Origin: Planctomycetota bacterium
Lineage (GTDB): Bacteria > Planctomycetota > UBA1135 > GCA-002748355
Length of the DNA stretch: 64,000 nt
NCBI GenBank assembly: GCA_020426005.1
Contig: JAGQQW010000002.1
Span: 8,855-72,854 of the forward strand
Reading direction: 5' to 3'
The notes under the pieces are model-generated. The model searched no databases. It saw only the letters and a list, made by a program, of their open reading frames with translations, and was not told the origin of the DNA. Within the stretch, counting starts at the first letter, position 1. The number at the start of each line of letters is the position of its first letter. Positions 15,559-23,232 of the stretch are shown here, piece by piece. The translations under genes and the position numbers were made by a program.

Positions 15559-16938
15559 GTGCCGTTCGACTCCAGAACACGTCGCCTCGTCGCCAGCGTC
15601 CTGATGGGAGTCGGGCTCGGACTTGCGACCGGGTGGTTTGCCTTCGGGGCGTCGACGATCGACCCCGGGCGAACGCAATCGCCGGAGGCATCTACCGCAC
15701 GTGAGGTCACGGCGCTCGAACACGAAGTCGCGGACTTGCGCCGCCGCCTTCGCGCAAGCGAAGAATCGACGAGTTCCGGTGAGCGCACGTCGAGTGCGAA
15801 CGAGCCGGAGGCGAAGACGACCGTGGAGCCGGTGCTCGTTTCCCAGGACGCGATCGACGCGTTCCTTCGAGAAGAACTCGAGCGCATGCTCGCAGGAGAT
15901 GCGATTCGGCGGCGCTTCGCCCTCGATCGGAAGGGGCTCTACGAGTTCCTCGTGACGACGTGGCTCGCCGCGGGTCGTCCCGAACACGCGTTCTCGGTCG
16001 TGGTCGCGTGCGCTCGCGTGTTCAAGGTCTGGAAAGAAGCGCTCGCGACCGGAGAAGCCTTGCTCGCAGCCGGTAACCGCACGTTGGCGACCGAAGCGTT
16101 CTTGCTCGTGTTTCCGCACGAGCCGTATCGCGTGATGGGGCACTTGAGCGAACTCGCGCCCGACCGCGCCCTCGCGATGCTCGATGATCCGGTTCTGAAG
16201 GACGACATCGCGTTCATGCCACGCGTCTATGGCCGCATTCGGATGCTCAATGCTCTCGGGCGCACCGCGGATCTGCTTGCCTACGTCGACGATCTCGCGG
16301 CGAAAGGGGACCTCCCGCGTGACGTGTGGAAGGACGTCGTGGACGCGGCGCCTGCGGATTCGGAGCGTCGATTGCGAGCGTTGATCACGTCCTGCAGCGC
16401 CGACGACCGTCCGTGGTATGAACTGCGGCTCGCGGACGCGATCGCATCCCAGGGGCGAATTGCCGAGGCAACGACGATGGTCCAAGCGGAGCTCGCGCGG
16501 AAGTTCGATCCGCTGTGGCTCGATGCGTTGACCAAGTGGGCGCCCGAACAGGCGCTTCGGTACCTCGACGAGCGCGCGCGGCGGTTGCCTGGGGATGCGT
16601 TGACCTTGAATCTCTATGCGAAGGAACTCGCGCGCGCCGGTCGCGCGGTGGAGGCCTTCGCAACCTATGAGAAGTCGCTCGCGCTGCGGTTCGAGGGAGG
16701 GATCGCCTCGCGGCTCCTCGAGCTGGATCCTGTGCGTGCGGCAACGGTGCTTTCGCCGCTCGTGCAGCGCGACGACGAAGAACTCGGCAACATCGGGGAC
16801 GCGCTTTGGAAGGCGGGCCATCGGGCACTCGGGCTCGACTACTGGCAACGCGCGGCGCGGGTGGATCCTTCGGATCGGGAGTGGAAGCACAAGCTCGACA
16901 TGGTCCAGGCAGGCGGGGATCCGTTCTCGCGCCGTTGA
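15559..16938 (+). CDS. membrane-anchored helical-repeat (TPR-like) hypothetical protein
   Basis: Frame of ORF 15451..16938. GTG at 15559 gives VPFDSRTRRLVASVLMGVGLGLATGWFAF (N-terminal TM), followed by a coiled segment and Ala/Leu-rich helical repeats. The antisense 522-aa ORF is a shadow. Confidence 0.6.
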   Translation: MPFDSRTRRLVASVLMGVGLGLATGWFAFGASTIDPGRTQSPEASTAREVTALEHEVADLRRRLRASEESTSSGERTSSANEPEAKTTVEPVLVSQDAIDAFLREELERMLAGDAIRRRFALDRKGLYEFLVTTWLAAGRPEHAFSVVVACARVFKVWKEALATGEALLAAGNRTLATEAFLLVFPHEPYRVMGHLSELAPDRALAMLDDPVLKDDIAFMPRVYGRIRMLNALGRTADLLAYVDDLAAKGDLPRDVWKDVVDAAPADSERRLRALITSCSADDRPWYELRLADAIASQGRIAEATTMVQAELARKFDPLWLDALTKWAPEQALRYLDERARRLPGDALTLNLYAKELARAGRAVEAFATYEKSLALRFEGGIASRLLELDPVRAATVLSPLVQRDDEELGNIGDALWKAGHRALGLDYWQRAARVDPSDREWKHKLDMVQAGGDPFSRR

Positions 16939-17015
16939 ATCGTCGAGAAGTCGAAGCCCCCTTCGACGAACTTCGGAGACGTATGGGGCCGGTCGTTCGC
17001 GTACCCTGACGAGAC

Positions 17016-17708
17016 ATGAGCCAGAAACAACTCGAGCCGCGCTACCTGATCGAGACGATGGAACGTCTCGTCAAGCGGATCGAGGAGCGCTTCCCGCGCG
17101 CGATGCTGGTCCATACGGCCGAAGCGGTGCTCGACACGGCGCGCCAGGCGCGGGATCGGACGATCGCGTTCTCGCGACCGATCTGGTGGCTGCGCTTACC
17201 GATCTTCGTGTTGATCGTGTCGCTGCCGACCGTCGTGATTTACGAACTCGTCGTGCTCGATCTGAGCTTCGTTCCGTCGAGTCTGTCGGAGTTGATCTCG
17301 TTCTTCCAAGCCGCGGTCGAGAGTCTGGTCTTCATCGGGATCGGTATCGCGTTCTTGATGACGCTCGAGACACGGTTCAAGCGGCGGCGCGCACTCGCAG
17401 CGGTTCACGAATTGCGCGAACTCGCGCACATCATCGACATGCACCAGCTCGACAAAGACCCCGCCTACGTGATGGAAGCGGCGACGTCGACGCCGAGTTC
17501 TCCGGCACGCACGATGACGGCCTTCGAACTCAATCGCTACCTGGACTACTGCAGTGAACTGCTAGCCCTGATCGGCAAGGTCGCCGCGATCTACGGCCAG
17601 CGAATGGCCGACCCGGTAGCCCTCGAAGCCGTCGACCAAGTCGAGAACCTAACGACCAGCCTCTCCCGCAAGATCTGGCAGAAGCTGATGATCCTCGACA
17701 ACGACTGA
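17016..17708 (+). CDS. two-TM membrane protein of unknown function
   Basis: 230-aa ORF with ATG at 17016. Two hydrophobic helices (IWWLRLPIFVLIVSLPTVVIYELVV and LISFFQAAVESLVFIGIGIAFLMTL), flanked by helical soluble regions. Confidence 0.7.
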   Translation: MSQKQLEPRYLIETMERLVKRIEERFPRAMLVHTAEAVLDTARQARDRTIAFSRPIWWLRLPIFVLIVSLPTVVIYELVVLDLSFVPSSLSELISFFQAAVESLVFIGIGIAFLMTLETRFKRRRALAAVHELRELAHIIDMHQLDKDPAYVMEAATSTPSSPARTMTAFELNRYLDYCSELLALIGKVAAIYGQRMADPVALEAVDQVENLTTSLSRKIWQKLMILDND

Positions 17709-17716
17709 GGAAGTTC

Positions 17717-17944
17717 CACGCGCGAAAGTACCGCGCTTCGTCCCTGGCACGAATCACGCGCGAAAGTACCGCGCTTTGTCCCTGGCACGTTTCACGCGGG
17801 AAAGTACCGCGTTTCGTCCCTGGCACGTTCCACGCGGGAAAGTACCGCGGTTTGTCCCTGGCACGTTCCACGCGGGAAAGTACCGCGGTTTGTCCCTGGC
17901 ACGTTTCGCGCGGGAAAGTACCGCGGTTTGTCCCTGGCACGTTT
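17717..17944. repeat. six head-to-tail copies of a 38-bp unit with no spacers
   Basis: Consensus CACGCGGGAAAGTACCGCGGTTTGTCCCTGGCACGTTY. Units start at 17717, 17755, 17793, 17831, 17869 and 17907. Variation is limited to unit positions 2, 7, 20, 23 and 36-38. Each unit contains a 5-6 bp inverted repeat around a GAAAGTA loop. Confidence 0.95.
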
Positions 17945-17952
17945 TGTGCGCC

Positions 17953-19233
17953 TTAGGCGTAGAGGCCGCGGAGCTTGTAGACGTGGGCTACGCGTTCGAT
18001 CGCGAGCATGTAGCTGGCGGTGCGGGCGGAGACCGACTCGCGGTCGGCTAGGCCGCAGACGGATTGGAACGCGTCGACCATGATCTTTTCGAGGCGCTCG
18101 TTGACGTCGCGTTCGTCCCAGTAGTAGCCGAGGCGATTTTGGACCCACTCGAAGTAGGAGACCGTGACGCCGCCTGCGTTGGCGAGGATGTCGGGGCAGA
18201 CGAAGATCCCGCGCTCGTCGAGGATGGCTTCGGCGGAAGGCGTCATCGGACCGTTCGCGCCTTCGACGATGACGGTCGCCTTGATGTCGTGGGCGTTCTT
18301 CTGCGTGATCACGTTCTCGAGCGCCGCGGGAACGAGGACGTCCACGTCGAGGGTCAGAACCGCATCCCCGTCGATGTGGTCTCCGCACGTCAGCCCTTCG
18401 AGGGTGCGGTGTTCTCGTAGGTGTGCGCTGACGACGGACATGTCGAGGCCGTCGTCGTTGTAGAGGGCGCCGGAGATGTCGCTGATCGCGCAGACCTTGA
18501 TGCCGAGTGCGTGCAGGGATTCTGCCGAGACGCCGCCGACGTTGCCGGCGCCCTGGACCGCCGCTTTGCACTGCTTGGGGTCGAGGCCCATGCGGTAGAG
18601 CGATTCGCGGGTCATCAGGCCGACGCCGTAGCCGGTCGCACGCACGCGTCCGTGACTACCGCCGAGCTCGATCGGCTTGCCCGTCACGACCCCCGGTTGC
18701 GACTGGCGCATGTGCATGGAATACGTATCCATCATCCACGCCATGATCTGCGGGTTGGTGTTGACGTCCGGCGCCGGCACGTCGCGATCCGGACCGATCA
18801 GGTCCATGATCGACGCCATGTAGCGACGCGTCAGTCGTTCGAGCTCGACCTGAGTCATCTTGCCGGGGTCGCAGATGACACCGCCCTTCGCGCCGCCGAA
18901 CGGCACGTTGACGACCGCGCACTTCCACGTCATCCACGCCGCGAGTGCACGCACTTCGTCGAGCGTGACGTTGCGATCGAAGCGCACACCGCCCTTGCCC
19001 GGTCCGCGCGCGACGGAATGTTGGACGCGATACCCGGTGAAGACCTTGATCGACCGGTCCTCCATCTGCACAGGGATGGCGACGATGATCTCGCGGTCCG
19101 GACGCTCGAGGATCTGATACAGACCCGGGTCGAGGTCGAGTTTCTTCGCGGCAATGTCGAAGCGATATAGCATCGCCTCGAGGGGATTCGTTTCGCTGTT
19201 CTGCAGCTCTCGATTCATCGATGTCCGTGCCAA
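17953..19233 (-). CDS. gdhA: glutamate dehydrogenase (Glu/Leu/Phe/Val dehydrogenase family)
   Basis: 426 aa. Catalytic region GPGKGGVRF and FGGAKGG. Dinucleotide fold VQGAGNVG. Confidence 0.95.
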   Translation of the reverse strand: MARTSMNRELQNSETNPLEAMLYRFDIAAKKLDLDPGLYQILERPDREIIVAIPVQMEDRSIKVFTGYRVQHSVARGPGKGGVRFDRNVTLDEVRALAAWMTWKCAVVNVPFGGAKGGVICDPGKMTQVELERLTRRYMASIMDLIGPDRDVPAPDVNTNPQIMAWMMDTYSMHMRQSQPGVVTGKPIELGGSHGRVRATGYGVGLMTRESLYRMGLDPKQCKAAVQGAGNVGGVSAESLHALGIKVCAISDISGALYNDDGLDMSVVSAHLREHRTLEGLTCGDHIDGDAVLTLDVDVLVPAALENVITQKNAHDIKATVIVEGANGPMTPSAEAILDERGIFVCPDILANAGGVTVSYFEWVQNRLGYYWDERDVNERLEKIMVDAFQSVCGLADRESVSARTASYMLAIERVAHVYKLRGLYA

Positions 19234-19526
19234 CCTCGGGTTGGATGCGTGGATGCCATGTCGAGCAAGTGCGTCCCTAGCGGATGCCTCCGTCGGTCTT
19301 CTCAGAAGCGAAGCTCGCAGTGCAGCATTCGTGGCGCGGTTGCGGGATCGCTTCTAGGATCGACATCGGCGGTTCGTCGAGGCGCGGAGCAGGCCTGGCT
19401 TCGGGGGTTATCGCGTTCGCCGTACGGCTTCGCCCTGTCGTGAAACTCTTGGAAAGCGCCAGACTCTACGCATCGTTTCGCAAGCTCACAAGCGTGCACG
19501 ATCGACGCATCCACATCGTTTCGGCG

Positions 19527-20411
19527 ATGCGTCCCGGCTCCTCCGAAGCGACCTTGGCGCAGATCGCCGCGTCGCTGGGGGGTGCATCGATCGAAACGGT
19601 CCGTCCCGAGCGCCTCGTGAACGGCCGTATCGGCACGCTCGTGAGGGAAACACCAGGCCGCCGGACGTTCCGCGTCGAGCCGGTACCCGGGGGCGAGGGC
19701 GCGGTCGTCGTCAAGCAATACGCCCCTGGCGCCGGCCGGAGGGGCAAGATCGCCCGTTGGGCCGCGCCTGCCCAAATCGAGTGCCAGCGACTGCTCGAAC
19801 TCGGACGAGCCGGGATACCCGTGCCGCGACTGCTGTTCGGATGTTGGAGTCGCCTCGGTGGGTTCGGACCTGGCGTCACGATCCAGGCGGCTCTGCCGGG
19901 CGAGGGCCTCGACGAAGTCTTCCCGCGCGCGCACCCCGTCGCGCGGACGCGGTGCGCACTCGCGGACCTGTTGCCGCTCGTACGTGAGTTGCACGGCGCG
20001 GGTTACGTCCACCGGGATCTCTATCTCGGCCATGTTCTCGGGCAACTCGACGACAGCGGACGAATCCGGATCCACGGCCTCGTCGATGTCGCGCGTGCCA
20101 CGACACGGCACGGATGGGGCCACCGTCTGCGGGTCAAGGACCTTGCAGCCCTCTTCGTTTCGCTGGCGCCGTGGGTCGAGACGCGCATTCTGCTGCGCGG
20201 CTTTGCGAGCTACTGCGCCGGATCGGTGTTACCGGCCCGTTGGTGCGGTCGAAGCGGGCGGCGCCGCCTCCTCGCGGCGATCCTCGCGCGCGCCGAACGC
20301 ATGCGGCGCCATCGGCCGCGCTTCGATCCTCCGGTCCTCACTGCGGTTGCGTCGACTTCCTTCGTCGATTCGACCCCGGCTCGACCGTCTGACCGCACGC
20401 CTCGTGACTGA
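19527..20411 (+). CDS. lipopolysaccharide kinase (Kdo/WaaP) family protein
   Basis: Frame of ORF 19284..20411. ATG at 19527 (alternative GTG at 19440). VVVKQY, LHGAGYVHRDLYLGHVL and GLVDVAR resemble the Kdo/WaaP/InaA kinase family. Confidence 0.65.
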   Translation: MRPGSSEATLAQIAASLGGASIETVRPERLVNGRIGTLVRETPGRRTFRVEPVPGGEGAVVVKQYAPGAGRRGKIARWAAPAQIECQRLLELGRAGIPVPRLLFGCWSRLGGFGPGVTIQAALPGEGLDEVFPRAHPVARTRCALADLLPLVRELHGAGYVHRDLYLGHVLGQLDDSGRIRIHGLVDVARATTRHGWGHRLRVKDLAALFVSLAPWVETRILLRGFASYCAGSVLPARWCGRSGRRRLLAAILARAERMRRHRPRFDPPVLTAVASTSFVDSTPARPSDRTPRD

Positions 20412-20543
20412 TGGTGAAGTTCGGAGTCGATGGCATGCTCTCGCTCGCCATGGCTCAAAGTCCTGCAGGGCAACGGCGCGAATGCCCGTGCCGTCGTGCC
20501 GCCGACCCTTGAGCGCGTTCGTCCTGCACGCGTCCGCTCGTCG

Positions 20544-20588
20544 GTCCTGCAAAGCGAGGCCCTGCAAAGCCAGGTCCTGCAAAGCAGT
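20544..20588. repeat. 15-bp x3 direct repeat in an apparently non-coding gap
   Basis: GTCCTGCAAAGCGAG GCCCTGCAAAGCCAG GTCCTGCAAAGCAGT. Confidence 0.8.
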
Positions 20589-21129
20589 GGATTCGTTCGG
20601 ACCAGAATCGGAAGCCGCGGATTGCGCACCCATGCGAATTTCGGTGGACGGCGATGTCGAGGCCGCCGCACCTGTCAGCCGGGCACCCAAGGTGGAACCG
20701 TGCTTCGTCAGAATCAGGAACCGTGTGCGAAACGGAACGTGTTCGGGGAGAGGCATGACCGTTCACAGGGGCGTCGCTGCGCGTGACTCGCGGATTTGGT
20801 GCGTGTCGTGGTCGGAGAACTCGTCGGATCGAGCCGAGCGACCTCCGCTGTGCGCAGGTCGCTCGAGCGGGCCTCCTTGGCCTTGCGGAGTCGTTTTGGC
20901 AGGTATCGGCTCAGGCGGCTGATACCGTGGGAGCATGGCTGGAACGAGGATCGCTCTTACCGTACTGCGTTGGCCCGCGCGCGTGATCGCGCCCAAGCCA
21001 ATTCGCGCGTGTGGCTCGAATCCGCGCGAGCCTGTCTCGTCCGGGATCTCCACATGTGTCAATCCGGTCTCGCCGAGCAGGCTGGCGGTACCGGGGACCC
21101 ACGGGGATTGCTGCGGCGCCATCACTCGC

Positions 21130-23181
21130 ATGCTCGCGTTTGCGCTCCTCAGCACCCTCGCGGTCGCGCAGACGACCGACCGGCGACAGGCCGTCGGCGA
21201 ACTCCTCGGGCGGGCGGACGAACAGGCGTATCGCGCCGCCAAGGAGCAATGGCGGTCCGAACAGGATCCGATGCTGCGAGGGGCATTGTTGCGGCACGGC
21301 TTGCGGTTGGCGGCGACGGACGACAGCGAAGTGCTCAACGTCCTCGAGCGCGAGACCCTGCCGGAGACGCGGTTCGTCGCCGCGCGCTGGTTCCTGGAGC
21401 ATCACGGCAAAGCCGGCCTCGATCTCCTCGAGTCCCTCCGAGCCGAGACCAAGGGACCACAGCTCGCCGTCGTCGTGCTCGCCGCGTGTGCGCCCGCGAG
21501 TTCGTCGAGTCCGGCCGGCAAGCACTTCGGGGAGCGCTTCGATCTCGAGCCGCCGACGCGCCAGCTCGAAGTGCTCGCGCTGCTCGCGTCGCCATGGCTC
21601 CGGCACGCACCCGATGCGGCGGACGAAGTATCCGTGCGCAAGCTGCGCTCCGAACTGGCAGAAAAGGCGAAGTGGCCCGCCCTGCGCGGCGAAGCGCTCC
21701 GACAGCTCGCCGCGAGCAAGGACCCGAAAGCGAAGACCATCGCGCGCCGCCTCGCGGGAAAGGCCCTCGATCCGAGGCTCGCGCAGGCAGTCTTCGTCGC
21801 GTTGACGACCGACATCGTCGCGAGCGATCTCGATTCGCTGGGGCCGCTCGTCCTGCTGCGTGGCTCGGGAGTCGCCCCGCTCGCGCGCGACTTCGCGGCC
21901 AGCCACGCGAAGGACGAGACGGTCGTCAGCTGGGCGCTCACTGGCGGCAAGAGCGCCAAGTCGGACGGAGCTCGTCTCCTCGCACTCCGCGTTCTCGAGA
22001 ATGTCGCTCGCTCTGACGACCGTGCTGCGGGGGCGGCCAAGGACGCCGTGCTCGAGCTCGTGCGAGACGACAGCGACGAGGTCGCGCGGCGTGCGGTCGC
22101 CGTGCTCGCGGAGCTCGGTGACGAGCGCGTGCGCCCGATTCTCGAGAAGCACCTGCGTAGCGGTTCTGTCGATCGTCGGCTCGACGCGCTCGAAGGGCTC
22201 GCGCGCATGCGCACGGACGCTGCATTCGACAGCGTACTCCTCGAACTCGCTGGCGATGGCCCGACCGAGATACGCCTGCTCGCGATCCGCACGGCCGCGC
22301 GTCGCGGCAATCGGGACTTCCTACCGATGCTTCCCCAGCTGCTCGGGCACACGGATTGGCGCGTCGTCTCGGCGGGCCTCGAGCTTGCACGTCGCGTTCG
22401 CGATGCATCGAGCATTCCGATGCTGTTGTCGCTCCTCGATCGGTCGAAGGGGCGCATCGCGGCCGAGACGAAGAGCACGCTCAAGAGCCTGACACGGCTG
22501 TACTTCGCCGACGCCGCGCGATGGAAGAGCTGGTGGAAGCGCGACGGCGCGACGTTCGAACTCCCGCCGCCCGAGGCCGACACGAGCGGCCCGCAGACCG
22601 TGACGACCGAGCAGGTTGACGGTGGGGCGGTCCTCGGCAGCGACGGCGGTGGCACGACCGCGAGTTTCTATGGGATTCCGGTCGAGTCGCGCAGCGTCGC
22701 GTTCTGCCTCGACGTGAGCGGGAGCATGAACGAACTCGTCGGAACCGGCGTGTCGCGCTTGTCGATCGCCAAGCACGCGCTGCTCCGCTCGCTAGAACGC
22801 GTTCCGAAGGGCACCAAGGTCCACATCATCTTCTTCGACGCGGAGATCCATCGCTTCCAGAAGCGCGCGACGACCATCGACCCCAAGAAGTTGGAAGCCG
22901 TCCAGGCCTTCGTCGATTCGCAGCGGCCTCTCGGGGAGACGAACATCTACGGCGCGCTCGAGCTCGCGTTCGCCGATCCCGCGGTCGACACGATCTACCT
23001 GCTGAGCGACGGCGAACCGAGCGCGGGCGAGATCACCGACGTGCGCGAACTCGGTGACCAGATCCTGCGCATCAATCGGCGGCGCAGTGTGATCTTCCAC
23101 GGCATCGCCATCGGCACCCCGAGTGCGCTGCTCGAGCGACTCTCGCGCGAGAGCGGCGGCGACTACGTGCTGCAGAAGTAA
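21130..23181 (+). CDS. secreted HEAT-repeat protein with C-terminal von Willebrand factor A domain
   Basis: Frame of ORF 20935..23181. ATG at 21130 gives the signal peptide MLAFALLSTLAVAQ. Repeated D..VR..A...L helical pairs. VWA MIDAS motif DVSGSM, plus TNIYGAL and YLLSDGEPS. Confidence 0.8.
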   Translation: MLAFALLSTLAVAQTTDRRQAVGELLGRADEQAYRAAKEQWRSEQDPMLRGALLRHGLRLAATDDSEVLNVLERETLPETRFVAARWFLEHHGKAGLDLLESLRAETKGPQLAVVVLAACAPASSSSPAGKHFGERFDLEPPTRQLEVLALLASPWLRHAPDAADEVSVRKLRSELAEKAKWPALRGEALRQLAASKDPKAKTIARRLAGKALDPRLAQAVFVALTTDIVASDLDSLGPLVLLRGSGVAPLARDFAASHAKDETVVSWALTGGKSAKSDGARLLALRVLENVARSDDRAAGAAKDAVLELVRDDSDEVARRAVAVLAELGDERVRPILEKHLRSGSVDRRLDALEGLARMRTDAAFDSVLLELAGDGPTEIRLLAIRTAARRGNRDFLPMLPQLLGHTDWRVVSAGLELARRVRDASSIPMLLSLLDRSKGRIAAETKSTLKSLTRLYFADAARWKSWWKRDGATFELPPPEADTSGPQTVTTEQVDGGAVLGSDGGGTTASFYGIPVESRSVAFCLDVSGSMNELVGTGVSRLSIAKHALLRSLERVPKGTKVHIIFFDAEIHRFQKRATTIDPKKLEAVQAFVDSQRPLGETNIYGALELAFADPAVDTIYLLSDGEPSAGEITDVRELGDQILRINRRRSVIFHGIAIGTPSALLERLSRESGGDYVLQK

Positions 23182-23207
23182 CGCGCGACACGTGCTGCTC
23201 GGTCGCG

Positions 23208-23232
23208 CCCACGCGCGAACCGAGCGCGTGGG
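23208..23232. terminator. 9-bp-stem hairpin between convergent VWA and tex genes
   Basis: CCCACGCGC (23208-23216) pairs with GCGCGTGGG (23224-23232) over a 7-nt loop. It abuts the tex stop codon. Confidence 0.45.

Noticed and set aside
15322-16890. 522-aa minus-strand ORF
   Set aside because: It is the antisense shadow of the 15559..16938 gene. Arg/Pro/Glu-rich translation with no motifs, while the plus frame has a TM anchor and sensible helical repeats.
17717-17944. Possible CRISPR array (38-bp repeats are the right size)
   Set aside because: The units are directly abutting with no spacers. There are no cas genes in the window and the array is confined between two convergent stop codons. 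This is a tandem repeat, not a CRISPR array.
17934-17950. Sigma-54-like -24/-12 element CTGGCACGTTTTGTGCG at the end of the repeat array
   Set aside because: The TGGCACG part is simply the invariant block present in every repeat unit. The -12 box is GTGC, not TTGC. The element points into the 3' end of gdhA on the antisense strand, with no downstream gene to drive.
20229-20756. 175-aa minus-strand ORF containing ALQDLALQGLALQD
   Set aside because: Its 3' third overlaps the kinase gene in antisense. Codon third positions are unusually T-rich for this genome, and the repeat motif is explained by the 15-bp DNA repeat.
20755-20922. 55-codon ORF (MTVHRGVAARDSRIWCVSWSENSSDR...CGVVLAGIGSGG) with a GGAG upstream, considered as a Cys-containing peptide precursor
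   Set aside because: GC3 is only moderate, there is no maturase nearby (the radical SAM gene is 6 kb away on the other strand), and its 3' half coincides with two strong hairpins. It cannot be supported as coding from sequence alone.
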